Source of the DNA: Prochlorococcus sp. AG-347-M18 | GTDB taxonomy: Bacteria; Cyanobacteriota; Cyanobacteriia; PCC-6307; Cyanobiaceae | Assembly: GCA_003281165.1 (NCBI GenBank) | Contig: QCCT01000007.1 | Location: 4,057-68,056 of the forward strand | DNA: 64,000 nt | Reading direction: 5' to 3' | Shown: positions 39,828 through 50,903 of the stretch, in pieces | Layout: every line of letters begins with the position of its first letter | Position numbering within the stretch: the first letter of the stretch is position 1 | The notes under the pieces: model-generated | The model's input: the letters and a program-made list of their open reading frames with translations, nothing else | Database searches by the model: none | What the model was told of the DNA's origin: nothing | Translations under genes and position numbers: made by a program

Positions 39828-41351
39828 TTAAGGTCTACGCCAGAAAATATTATCTTTTGAAATTAATTGATCAGACTCAGGAGGTCCCCACGTCATAGAT
39901 TCATAATTATAAATAGGTAACTTCCAAGGAGAATTATCCATCAATTCTATTAATGGCGTATAAAGTTTCCAGGCTGCCTCTACTTCATCACTACGAGTAA
40001 ATAAGGTTGGGTCAGAAAGCATCGCATCAGCTAATAATCTTACATACCCTTCATCTGAAGGTTCTCCAAATGATTCATCATAAGAAAATTCCATCTCAAC
40101 AGGTCTTGATTTCATTCCAGAACCAGGAGATTTTACCTCAAATTTGAAAGTAGCACCTTCATTTGGTTGAATTCTAAGGATAAGTTGATTTGGGGCAGGA
40201 TTTATTATTGTTGATTCAAATAAATGAACAGGAACGTCTTTAAAAGTTAAAACTATTTCTCCAAGTCTTTTAGGTAGTCTTTTACCTGTTCTCAAATAAA
40301 AAGGAACCCCTTGCCAACGCCAGTTATCAACGAAAACTTTTGTCGCAATATAAGTTTCTGTTGTGCTATTACAATTAACACCATCTTCCTGCCTATATCC
40401 TTTGAGTCGATTTGTAATATTTCCTCCCTCTCCATATTGACCTCTTATGCAACAATTCCAAGGTTCATTTTCGTCAGCAAGCTTTGAAGCTTGAAGAACC
40501 TTAGCTTTTTCATTTCTTATTGCTTCTGGTTCAAACTTTCCAGGAGGTTCCATAGCAGTAACAGCAAGCATTTGAGTCATATGATTTTGAAGCATATCCC
40601 TTAAAGCACCAGAACTTTCGTAATAACCTGCTCTATCTTCAACACCCACTGTTTCAGACGAAGTAATTTGAACACTTGATATATAATTTCTATTCCAGAT
40701 TGGTTCAAAAATAGTATTAGCAAACCTCAAAACAAGAATATTTTGAACTGTCTCTTTTCCTAAATAATGATCAATCCTATAAATCTGAGTTTCTTCAGCG
40801 CAACTTTGAACAATCTTATTCAATTTTTTTGCACTTGAATAATCTCTTCCAAATGGTTTTTCAATCACTAAACGACTTTTCTTAGGATCATCTAAAAGGC
40901 CAGCTGCTTTAAGAGCTTTACATCCACTAGCATAGAAATTCGGGGATACTGATAAATAAAATGTTCTATTACCATGAGTAGCTTGTGTTTTATCAATTTC
41001 ATTTAATCTTCTAGAAAGCCTTACTACATGATCACTTTGTTGTAAGTCAACTGGTTCATAGAAAAGATAATTAGAAAATTGTTCCCACTCCCTTTCTTTA
41101 CCAGATATTTGATTTGATAGCTTTACTTTCATCTTTTCTCTAAACTCATTATCAGTCCAAGGTCTTCTGGCACAACCAACGATTCCAAATTCACTAGGAA
41201 TTCTTCTTTGCAAATAGAGTTCAAATAAGGCTGGTATTAATTTTCTATGAGTAAGGTCTCCACTAGCACCAAATATTACTAAGCATTGTGGAGGTATGAC
41301 TCTTTCCTGCCGTAAGCCTAATCTTAGAGGATTACTTAAAGTTGAAGGCAT
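39828..41351 (-). CDS. zwf: Glucose-6-phosphate 1-dehydrogenase
   Basis: GASGDL, EKPFG, RIDHYLGKE, DMLQNH, WQGVPFYLRTGK. Confidence 0.98.
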   Translation of the reverse strand: MPSTLSNPLRLGLRQERVIPPQCLVIFGASGDLTHRKLIPALFELYLQRRIPSEFGIVGCARRPWTDNEFREKMKVKLSNQISGKEREWEQFSNYLFYEPVDLQQSDHVVRLSRRLNEIDKTQATHGNRTFYLSVSPNFYASGCKALKAAGLLDDPKKSRLVIEKPFGRDYSSAKKLNKIVQSCAEETQIYRIDHYLGKETVQNILVLRFANTIFEPIWNRNYISSVQITSSETVGVEDRAGYYESSGALRDMLQNHMTQMLAVTAMEPPGKFEPEAIRNEKAKVLQASKLADENEPWNCCIRGQYGEGGNITNRLKGYRQEDGVNCNSTTETYIATKVFVDNWRWQGVPFYLRTGKRLPKRLGEIVLTFKDVPVHLFESTIINPAPNQLILRIQPNEGATFKFEVKSPGSGMKSRPVEMEFSYDESFGEPSDEGYVRLLADAMLSDPTLFTRSDEVEAAWKLYTPLIELMDNSPWKLPIYNYESMTWGPPESDQLISKDNIFWRRP

Positions 41352-41461
41352 ATTTTTAGTATTCTTTATTTAAAATCCTCTTTATTTCAAATATTAGCTA
41401 CATATTGTGTCTAAACCAAAAAGTATTATGTAGATGAAACTTAAATCTAAATATCAATCAT

Positions 41462-42667
<1,206 letters not shown>

Positions 42668-42841
42668 TTATTTATATATGAGATTATCAATTTGTAGTTT
42701 AATTTGTAGTGATTTCACAAAAATGGTTACGTTTTGAGATCGGAATATATTTAAGAAATTATTTTTATTTTTCAGTATTTGTTGTTTTTATTTGTATAGT
42801 TACACAGAAATAAATTTTTTATCTATTTAAAAAATTCATTT

Positions 42842-43378
42842 ATGGTTAATCCTCAAGAATCACTAGATCATTCAAGAAAAGATGACTACAGGACAATTGA
42901 GCAGACTATGGAAAAGCTTTCTGGCGGAACAAGACGACTGGCAGCTCAACTTACAACTTCTGCAAGTTTCGATTCTTTGTGGAGTGTTCTAACAGATTAT
43001 GATCGACTAAATCTATACATACCAAATCTTTTATCGAGCAAAAAAATATTTCAGAATGAAAATAATGTCCATCTTAAACAAGTTGGGGCTCAGGATTTCC
43101 TTGGTATGAAATTTTCAGCTGAAGTAACTATCGACTTATTTGAAGAAAAAGACCTCGGCTTATTAAAATTCAATTTAATAAAAGGGGATTTCAGAAAATT
43201 TGAGGGTAGTTGGAAAATTCAAAGCATTAAAAATACTTCAAAAAATTCACTTATTTATGATCTTACTGTTCAAGGTTGTCAGTGGATGCCAATAGGGATG
43301 ATAGAAAAAAGACTAAAAAAAGACCTTTCAGAAAATTTACTTGCCGTAGATAGGCAAGCAAAATCAACAATAATTTAA
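42842..43378 (+). CDS. SRPBCC / polyketide cyclase-dehydrase family protein
   Basis: WSVLTDYD..IPNL, GDFRKFEGSW. Confidence 0.88.
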   Translation: MVNPQESLDHSRKDDYRTIEQTMEKLSGGTRRLAAQLTTSASFDSLWSVLTDYDRLNLYIPNLLSSKKIFQNENNVHLKQVGAQDFLGMKFSAEVTIDLFEEKDLGLLKFNLIKGDFRKFEGSWKIQSIKNTSKNSLIYDLTVQGCQWMPIGMIEKRLKKDLSENLLAVDRQAKSTII

Positions 43379-43395
43379 TTTAAAATCTAAAAGAA

Positions 43396-43468
43396 TAGCC
43401 CCAAGGGGATTCGAACCCCTGTCGCCTCCGTGAAAGGGAGGTGTCCTAGGCCTCTAGACGATGGGGCC
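43396..43468 (-). tRNA. trnE: tRNA-Glu (UUC), CCA not encoded
   Basis: GGCCCCA TC GTCTAGAGGCCTAGGAC A CCTCC CTTTCAC GGAGG CGAC AGGGG TTCGAAT CCCCT TGGGGCT A folds into a cloverleaf with anticodon TTC. Confidence 0.98.
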
Positions 43469-43494
43469 AGGAAATCAGAATTACTGCTTATTAA

Positions 43495-43524
43495 AAATTA
43501 AGAGTAAGGCTAACCTTTCGTCAA
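43495..43524 (-). promoter_or_regulatory. Putative sigma70 promoter of tRNA-Glu
   Basis: TTGACG-18 nt-TAATTT on the minus strand; the -35 lies in the last sasA codons. Confidence 0.55.
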
Positions 43525-44628
43525 GTATTGTTGCTCTTTGTTTTGTCCTTGCCATACAGGAACAGTAAAATGGAAGCACGAACCTTCTCCAATTTCAGAT
43601 ACAACCCATATTCTTCCTCCATGGACTTGTACGATCCTTCTGCATACAGACAAACCTATCCCAAATCCTGAAGTTCCTTCAGAAGTCTGTGGTAGCCTTA
43701 CTCTATCCAGAAAAATTCTTTTTTGTTCGCTTAAAGGAATACCTGCGCCTTTGTCACAAATTGTTATTTCTACCCATTGATTTGTCTTGTGAATCATTGT
43801 TATTTTTATTGATCCAGAGTCTTCAGAAAATTTAATGGCATTTTCAATTAAATTTAAAAATACTTGTCTCATTCTCCTTTGATCTGCAAATACACTTGGA
43901 AGATCAGAAGGAATATCAGTATCAATTTCAATATTCCTCAATCGCCAGAATTTTTCCAACTCGAGTATAACTTCAGCACTAATGTTACCTAAGTCAATTT
44001 TCTGAGGATTAAATAAAGCTTCCCATTTTGTTGTTCCAACCTCTAAAAGATCCTGAGATAAAAGTTCAATCTCCTCAAGACGTCTTTTAATAACCTCTTG
44101 CAATTTTGAAATATCTATCTGACCAAGTTTTTGACTTTGAACCGCCAAGGTAGCAGCAGTTAAGGGGGTTCTTAATTCATGTGCGACCATTCTTAATAAT
44201 CTTTCCTGAGATTCTATTCTTTTTGTTAAAGTCTCATTTTCTTGCCTTAAAACAAGAAGTTCGTCTTCTAGAAGAAATTCTTTTTGAGTTCTTATGGAAT
44301 CAATTTTGGATGGTTGTAACTTAATTCCTAAATTTTTTGTTAAGCCTTCTTGATTCCACCTTGGCAACCATTTCTGTAATTGTGAGAAAATATTACTTCC
44401 AGCAAAAATTTGCTTTGGACCTGGAGAAATCTTTATAAGAGCTGGAATAGCTACTAATCTATGTAATTCAAGTAATTCCGGCTGTTCTGCTGGTTCAGAA
44501 ATCTGAAGGGATATCTCAAATTCACAATCATCTGAATCTAGATAAGCTATGAGAGATTTAATATCATTACTAGAAAGTTGATTCCTAGCTGCTACAAGTA
44601 TTAATTTTAGTTCTTTTTTATCATTCAA
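43510..44628 (-). CDS. sasA: Adaptive-response sensory histidine kinase with KaiB-like N-terminus
   Basis: [18 protein letters not shown] KaiB-like domain; H-box AHELRTPL; [19 protein letters not shown]. Confidence 0.93.
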   Translation of the reverse strand: MNDKKELKLILVAARNQLSSNDIKSLIAYLDSDDCEFEISLQISEPAEQPELLELHRLVAIPALIKISPGPKQIFAGSNIFSQLQKWLPRWNQEGLTKNLGIKLQPSKIDSIRTQKEFLLEDELLVLRQENETLTKRIESQERLLRMVAHELRTPLTAATLAVQSQKLGQIDISKLQEVIKRRLEEIELLSQDLLEVGTTKWEALFNPQKIDLGNISAEVILELEKFWRLRNIEIDTDIPSDLPSVFADQRRMRQVFLNLIENAIKFSEDSGSIKITMIHKTNQWVEITICDKGAGIPLSEQKRIFLDRVRLPQTSEGTSGFGIGLSVCRRIVQVHGGRIWVVSEIGEGSCFHFTVPVWQGQNKEQQYLTKG

Positions 44629-44734
44629 GTGATTTCCCCTGAAGTGTTGAAAAGCTGTTAATCCTTATGAACACATTAAGATATTTATTTTTATTCTACA
44701 AATAAGCTATGAAATAGTTAGGGCTAATTTATAA

Positions 44735-45277
44735 ATGGTTGCTATTAATCAAAGTAAAAATCTAAATTTTGGCGAAAACAATCGGCCAGAAATAAGCTTA
44801 AACATTAATCTCAAGAGATGGTTTTCGAGAAATATCGGATTGTGGAAATCTAATAGAACATATTTCCTTGATGAGGTACAAAAAACTTATAATTTATGTA
44901 TGTTCATAAATATACAAGCTCTTGAAAGTAAATCTGAATGGGAGTCGCACTATAAATTTACCTGGTATCCAGAAAAAAAATATAATTTTTTTGAAGAAAA
45001 TCCACAATACAAAGAAAGAGGGGAAATGAATGCTCTCTTAAAGGGGCATCAACTTTTCAGGGAAAATTTTTATTTGAGTAACGAACAAGGGATTTCAAAT
45101 ATTAAACAAGTCGATGAACACGAAATGATTTTCGAATCTTCTTATAAAGATTGGTATATTCTTGAACATACAAGGCTAGTAGATATAGACAATTATAGAT
45201 TTAGGGTAATATATTCATGGAACAAAAATAAGCTAAAAATAGTAGAAAATCATCACGAAATAAAAATTATTAAATAA
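44735..45277 (+). CDS. Hypothetical protein, possible CpcS/CpeS-like beta-barrel
   Basis: WFSRNIGLWKSNRTY and ILEHTRLV...YRFR resemble the conserved strands of S-type bilin lyases. Confidence 0.6.
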   Translation: MVAINQSKNLNFGENNRPEISLNINLKRWFSRNIGLWKSNRTYFLDEVQKTYNLCMFINIQALESKSEWESHYKFTWYPEKKYNFFEENPQYKERGEMNALLKGHQLFRENFYLSNEQGISNIKQVDEHEMIFESSYKDWYILEHTRLVDIDNYRFRVIYSWNKNKLKIVENHHEIKIIK

Positions 45278-45339
45278 GTTCTTTTTATCAATAAATATTA
45301 AAAATAAAAATGTTATGTTGTAGTAAATATTATTAATTA

Positions 45340-45780
45340 ATGAGTATTAATTTTAATTCAAATAGATTTCTCAAATTTTTAAGTATTGGTTTTATAATTT
45401 CCTTTTCTATTTCTGAGATTAATACATTACATAAACATATATATGCTGAAAAGAATTTAATTGCTGCCACTGAAGAAGATCTTTTCCTATATCGACAAAT
45501 GGGAGCATCTTATCTTTGCATAGCTTCAAAAGCTGAAGTAGATTTTAATAAAGGTCTCGGAATAGCTAGTGCTACTTTTGCAAATGTAATAATAGGCAAG
45601 CATGGTGGAGCTATTAGAGAGTTAGGAAATGAAAAGCTTGACGATAAAAAGCTATATAACGCAGGGACCTTTCAAATAGTTGGAAGTGCTCTAAATATTT
45701 GTCCTGAAAGCATTCCAAAAAATATCAAAAATGATTATGAAAAAAGGCTAAAGCAACTTTTAAAGAAGAACAAAAAATAA
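45340..45780 (+). CDS. Conserved hypothetical exported protein
   Basis: Signal-like N-terminus, two Cys (YLCIA, NICP), KHGG motif. Confidence 0.7.
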   Translation: MSINFNSNRFLKFLSIGFIISFSISEINTLHKHIYAEKNLIAATEEDLFLYRQMGASYLCIASKAEVDFNKGLGIASATFANVIIGKHGGAIRELGNEKLDDKKLYNAGTFQIVGSALNICPESIPKNIKNDYEKRLKQLLKKNKK

Positions 45781-45789
45781 TTTTATTAA

Positions 45790-46785
45790 TTACCTGAACA
45801 TTGAACTAACAGAACTTTCTTCGTGGATTCTCCAAATAGCCTCACCCAGCATATTTGCAACAGAAAGTACTTTTAACTGATGGAAATCGTCTTTACCAAT
45901 AACTGGTATACTATTGGTCACAATAACTTGTTCGAATAAATCTTTTGTACTTAATCTTTCATAAGAAGGAGGAGAAAATACTGCATGTGATGCACATGCA
46001 AATATTCTGTTAGCCCCTTCTTTTTTTAATAAATGAGCTCCAGAACATATTGTGCCTCCGGTATCTATCATATCGTCAATTAGAATAGCCGTTTTACCTT
46101 TTACTTCACCAATAACTGTTAAGCTTTCAGCAATATTATGAGCTGACCTCCTTTTATCAATTATTGCCAACGGAGCATCTTTCATTAATTTTGCGAATGC
46201 TCTTGCTCTAGCTACCCCACCTACATCTGGAGAAACAACTACTACATCCTCTAAATTTAAACTTTCTAAATAATCAATTAATACCGGGGAACCATAAATA
46301 TGGTCGCATGGAATATCAAAATATCCTTGTATTTGTGCAGAATGTAAATCCATTGCAAGAACCCTATCTACCCCTGATTTCTCTAGCAAATTAGCAGTGA
46401 GTTTTGCAGTAATAGATTCTCTTCCCGAAGTCTTTCTATCTGCCCTTGCATATCCAAAATATGGGATCACGGCCGTTATTTGCCTTGCAGATGCCCTCTT
46501 ACATGCATCAACCATTATCATGAGTTCTATTAAACTATCATTTACAGGAGCGGAAGTAGGTTGAATTAGGAATACATCGCAACCTCTAATAGATTGCTGA
46601 ATTTGGACATAAAGTTCTCCATCAGCAAATCTTTTAGATATTAAAGGTACGTTTTCAATACCTAAGTATGATGCAATTTCTTCCGCTAATTTAGGATTAG
46701 TCGTTCCACTTATTAGCCTTAATCTACTATTAGTTAGATTAAAATTCGATTCTTTATTCTGCACTGCCGTGATAAAACTTGTCAC
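45790..46785 (-). CDS. prs: Ribose-phosphate pyrophosphokinase
   Basis: FADGE, PYFGYARADR, DLHSAQIQGYF, VSPDVGG, DDMIDTGGT. Confidence 0.97.
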   Translation of the reverse strand: MTSFITAVQNKESNFNLTNSRLRLISGTTNPKLAEEIASYLGIENVPLISKRFADGELYVQIQQSIRGCDVFLIQPTSAPVNDSLIELMIMVDACKRASARQITAVIPYFGYARADRKTSGRESITAKLTANLLEKSGVDRVLAMDLHSAQIQGYFDIPCDHIYGSPVLIDYLESLNLEDVVVVSPDVGGVARARAFAKLMKDAPLAIIDKRRSAHNIAESLTVIGEVKGKTAILIDDMIDTGGTICSGAHLLKKEGANRIFACASHAVFSPPSYERLSTKDLFEQVIVTNSIPVIGKDDFHQLKVLSVANMLGEAIWRIHEESSVSSMFR

Positions 46786-47037
46786 GAAATAAGCAACATA
46801 AAACTCTTTCCTTATCGTAGTCGTTTATGTGAATTTCGCAAAAAATAATCACTACATCTTTTCAAAAATCATATCTTTTAAGCAAAATGTGAAACTAAGT
46901 CTATAAAAATAGATTTTTTTTAATTAAAGAAAAAAAATATTTAGGTTATTATTTGTCAATAATATGAAATTTGTATATCGTTGAATTTAGAGAATTAATA
47001 ACAATCTAATTGTAAATAATCAAAAATAGAAATAAAA

Positions 47038-48558
47038 ATGTCTATTCAAAAAGTTCTTACAAAAAAGTCATTAGGCATACTTATGCATCCTTCATGTATA
47101 CCGGGAGGAAGAGTGTGTGGAACTTTTGGGCAAGGGGCTAAAGAATGGATCAAAAAACTTCACGATAATGGTATCGAATACTGGCAATTTTTGCCTCTTA
47201 CACCCACTGATTCTACTGGGTCTCCATATAGTTCACCATCAAGCTTTGCACTAAATCCATGGTTTCTTGATATAGATAATTTAATCGAAGAAAATTTTAT
47301 CTTCATTTCTAGTCCAAAAGAATTAGGACCGACAAATCAGAATAATAGTCATTTTGATTTTGATACTGCAGATAATTTAACAAAAAAATTAGGTCATCTT
47401 CTTTTGCAATCTTGGAGTTCCCAAGCTGAAGATAGAAAACTTGCTTTTAATAAATGGATTAGTAAGAATTCTTGGATTGAAGATTATGCAACATTTATTG
47501 TTATCAGGGAAGAATTTAATAAGTTGCCTTGGTGGAAATGGCCTAAGGATTTTAAAATAAAAAATAATAAGTTTTTAAAATCGTGGATCAAAGCAAAAAG
47601 TGACAAGATACTTATTGAAAAATTAATACAGTGGCATTTAGATGAGCAATGGAGAGCTATTAAAAAATTTGCGAAAATATATAACGTTAAATTAATTGGA
47701 GATTTACCTTTTTATGTTTCTAGGGACAGTGCCGAAGTATGGAGTAATAAATCACTATTTTCTATTTTAAAAAATGGAGATTTAATCTTTCAAAGTGGAG
47801 TACCGCCTGATTATTTTTCATCAAAAGGGCAATTATGGGGGACTCCAACTTACTTTTGGTCAAAACATAAGCGTACTAATTTCGCTTGGTGGAGGAAAAG
47901 ATTTAAAAGGCAATTTGAGCTTGTTGACTTGTTGAGATTAGATCATTTCAGAGGATTGGCTGGTTACTGGAGAGTAAATGGCAACTCAAAAACAGCAATT
48001 TGTGGTAAGTGGATAAATTCGCCAGGTAAAACACTATTAAATAAACTAAAAATTGATTTAGGTACTGACTACCTACCCATCATTGCTGAGGATTTGGGAG
48101 TAATAACACCTGATGTAGAAAAATTAAGGAGAAATTTTGAACTGCCTGGCATGAAAATATTGCAATTCGCTTTTGATGGGAATGAAGATAACCCATATTT
48201 ACCTAAGAATATTGAAGGAGAAAATTGGGTGGTTTATACAGGTACCCATGACAACTCTACTTCAGTATCATGGTGGGAAAGCTTAGAAAATAATTCAAAA
48301 AAAAGAATACATGATGAGTATAAATTTTCGGAAAATCCTTCATGGAGTTTAATAAAAATAGGAATGGAGACAAATGCTAATCTTTTTATCGCTCCAATCC
48401 AAGATATATTGTCTTTAAATGACTCAAGTAGATTAAACATACCAGGTACTACAAAAAATAATTGGAAATGGAAGATAAATCGACCTTTAGAAGAAATAGA
48501 ACAAGATATCAGAAGATATAGTGAGCTAGGAAATAATTTTGGGAGGACTAGATTTTAG
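47038..48558 (+). CDS. malQ: 4-alpha-glucanotransferase (GH77)
   Basis: WQFLPL, SPYS, GVPPDYFS..GQLWG, RLDHFRG, AEDLG, YTGTHDN. Confidence 0.96.
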   Translation: MSIQKVLTKKSLGILMHPSCIPGGRVCGTFGQGAKEWIKKLHDNGIEYWQFLPLTPTDSTGSPYSSPSSFALNPWFLDIDNLIEENFIFISSPKELGPTNQNNSHFDFDTADNLTKKLGHLLLQSWSSQAEDRKLAFNKWISKNSWIEDYATFIVIREEFNKLPWWKWPKDFKIKNNKFLKSWIKAKSDKILIEKLIQWHLDEQWRAIKKFAKIYNVKLIGDLPFYVSRDSAEVWSNKSLFSILKNGDLIFQSGVPPDYFSSKGQLWGTPTYFWSKHKRTNFAWWRKRFKRQFELVDLLRLDHFRGLAGYWRVNGNSKTAICGKWINSPGKTLLNKLKIDLGTDYLPIIAEDLGVITPDVEKLRRNFELPGMKILQFAFDGNEDNPYLPKNIEGENWVVYTGTHDNSTSVSWWESLENNSKKRIHDEYKFSENPSWSLIKIGMETNANLFIAPIQDILSLNDSSRLNIPGTTKNNWKWKINRPLEEIEQDIRRYSELGNNFGRTRF

Positions 48559-48572
48559 GGACATATTGAATA

Positions 48573-49067
48573 TTATTTATCAATGATTTTATTCTCAATA
48601 TTTTGAATCTCTATTAAGTTTACATTCAAAATAAAGTATCTTTTTAATAAAAATATAGTTAGAACTAATATAAAAAAATAGAGTAGACTTCCATGCCAAG
48701 TATTTATAAGATCGAACTTACGAATGAGAAAATCCTTTTTTTCTTTCTTAAAAGTTTCTAATTCTCTAATTGGCAATTTTATTAATGTATTTTTTTTTAA
48801 TAGTAAGCATTCCTCCAATTTAATTAATATAGACCTTATAAAAGGATACTTTGGCCTAATATTTGTAATATTATTTTCAATAGAATTAATTGTTTGTTCA
48901 GGAATTTTTGATATTTTTGATAATTCTTTTATTGATAAGTTTTGTTGGATTCTTGCTTCTTTTACTATCTTCGCAATTTCTTCATAATGATCTACAACTT
49001 TAATACTTAAGTTTCTATTATTTTCAGGATTTTTATTAAATAAAAAAAGGTTTTTCAAAATTTTCAT
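48573..49067 (-). CDS. Membrane-anchored HTH protein (RodZ-like)
   Basis: XRE-type HTH (LSIKELSKISKIPEQTINSIE) and C-terminal TM helix. Confidence 0.7.
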   Translation of the reverse strand: MKILKNLFLFNKNPENNRNLSIKVVDHYEEIAKIVKEARIQQNLSIKELSKISKIPEQTINSIENNITNIRPKYPFIRSILIKLEECLLLKKNTLIKLPIRELETFKKEKKDFLIRKFDLINTWHGSLLYFFILVLTIFLLKRYFILNVNLIEIQNIENKIIDK

Positions 49068-49180
49068 TTCATATAACCAAATTCATAAATTATTAGACTA
49101 TTTAATTTTCATAAATAATCACTTGAATTAATTTTAATCAATAAAAATCATAAGTAAATTTATAAAATATGAATATAAAC

Positions 49181-50839
49181 CTAAACTGGAGAAATTATAT
49201 TTTGAACAGCGCTTTTTGCAATATTCATAGGGCTAAAAGTATCTATGATTAATCTTATGAGTTTTTTTGCATCTGATAATTCTAATTTATCATCTTTTAT
49301 AAGGCTTAAAAGAAGGTTCCTCCTAACTTCCGATCCTTTTTTACTCACAAATAATTTCAACCCTGCATTAGCAACTGGTATAAGGTCTGAATTAATATTT
49401 TCAGAATCTTTAAATAAAATATTCAACAAACTTTCAACTTTTTCTATTTGGATTTGACCTTTATTATCAAAAACTACTTCTAAGAGAATATCTAAAATCT
49501 CTTCGGAATTATCAGTAAGTAGTTTTTTAGCAATGTAGGGATATGCTATTTTTAAAATTTTAAAATCAGGATCAAGTTTTAGTGCCAAACCCTCTTGACT
49601 TACAACAGCTCTTATTATTAAGGCAAACCTGCTGGGGACTCTAAATGGATAAGAATACATTAGTTTTGAGAATTTATCCGTTACATTTTTAAGATTAAAA
49701 TTTCCAACTTCAGCACTTAAAGATCCACTTAGAACTTCTTCTAATGGTTTAACAAGTTTTTGCAGATCTTGCTCTTTGCTTAAAAAACCTAGTTTCTGAA
49801 AATCTTTTGCAAGAAGATAATATTCATCATTTATTATGTGAACTATGGCCTTAATCAATGTAAGTCTATCTGAATTTGTAATTGTATCCATCATTCCAAA
49901 ATCTACATAAGCTAAATTTCCACAATCTGCATTTCCCCCTTTGAGAGCAAACATATTTCCTGGATGTGGGTCGGCATGAAAATATCCATATTCAAATAAT
50001 TGCTGAAGACCACTTATTACACAAGTTTTTATAAAAGATGAAGGGATTAAGTTATTTTCTTCCAATAAAGTTCGGTCTCTTAACTTAACTCCATCAATCC
50101 AAGATGTTGTAATAATCCTTTTAGATGAAAACTGTTTTTCCAATTTAGGTATAAAAACATTTGGATTATCTTTGAACAAATCTGCAAACTTTAAAGCATT
50201 TTCCCCTTCTTTTTCATAGTCAATTTCATCAAAAAGTGCTTTTCCAAATTCATCTATTATTTCTCCTATTCCAACACCAATATTTAATGGTAAAAATGGC
50301 GATAAAACAGTTCCAAGAAACCTCAAAATTACAATATCTCTTCTTATCAAAAAGTACAAATTTGGTCTCTGTACTTTAACAGCTACATAATTATTATTCT
50401 TTGTTTTTGTTTTATAAACTTGACCTAAGCTTGCTGAAGCAATCGGGCTTTCAGGAAACTCATCAAATAATTCATTAGGGGACGATCCAAGTTCCTCTTC
50501 AATAATTTTTAAAGCAATTTTATGATCAAATGCTGGTAGATTATCCTGCAAATTTGTAAGTTCTGTAAGCCAATCTTGTCTTACAAGATCTGGTCTAGTA
50601 GAAAGTGCTTGGCCTAATTTTATAAAACAAGGTCCTAAATCTGTTATTACATCGAAAAGATATTTTGAGAGATTTTTTTGTACATTTTTATTTTTACTGT
50701 TACCTTGAAAAAGTATTCTTAAAAAAAGAAAAATAAAAGTTAAAAGGATATATAAAACTCTTGGTATAAAAATCCATGGTCTCAACATCAACCAAATTAA
50801 GTCTCTTCTTGCTGAATATTTCGGATAAGAGCTTGTCAT
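49181..50839 (-). CDS. ABC1/UbiB/AarF family atypical kinase
   Basis: GPCFIKLGQALSTRPD, ASASLGQVY, VAVKVQRP, HADPHPGN, DFGM. Confidence 0.93.
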   Translation of the reverse strand: MTSSYPKYSARRDLIWLMLRPWIFIPRVLYILLTFIFLFLRILFQGNSKNKNVQKNLSKYLFDVITDLGPCFIKLGQALSTRPDLVRQDWLTELTNLQDNLPAFDHKIALKIIEEELGSSPNELFDEFPESPIASASLGQVYKTKTKNNNYVAVKVQRPNLYFLIRRDIVILRFLGTVLSPFLPLNIGVGIGEIIDEFGKALFDEIDYEKEGENALKFADLFKDNPNVFIPKLEKQFSSKRIITTSWIDGVKLRDRTLLEENNLIPSSFIKTCVISGLQQLFEYGYFHADPHPGNMFALKGGNADCGNLAYVDFGMMDTITNSDRLTLIKAIVHIINDEYYLLAKDFQKLGFLSKEQDLQKLVKPLEEVLSGSLSAEVGNFNLKNVTDKFSKLMYSYPFRVPSRFALIIRAVVSQEGLALKLDPDFKILKIAYPYIAKKLLTDNSEEILDILLEVVFDNKGQIQIEKVESLLNILFKDSENINSDLIPVANAGLKLFVSKKGSEVRRNLLLSLIKDDKLELSDAKKLIRLIIDTFSPMNIAKSAVQNIISPV

Positions 50840-50903
50840 TAAAGTTAAAAAATATCAAAGAAAGATTTCATTTGATTCATTCTATCTGTGTAAATAATAC
50901 TTT

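Noticed and set aside
43396-43468. tRNA-Glu as an island integration site
   Set aside because: Flanked by core genes; I saw no integrase or duplicated tRNA 3' end.
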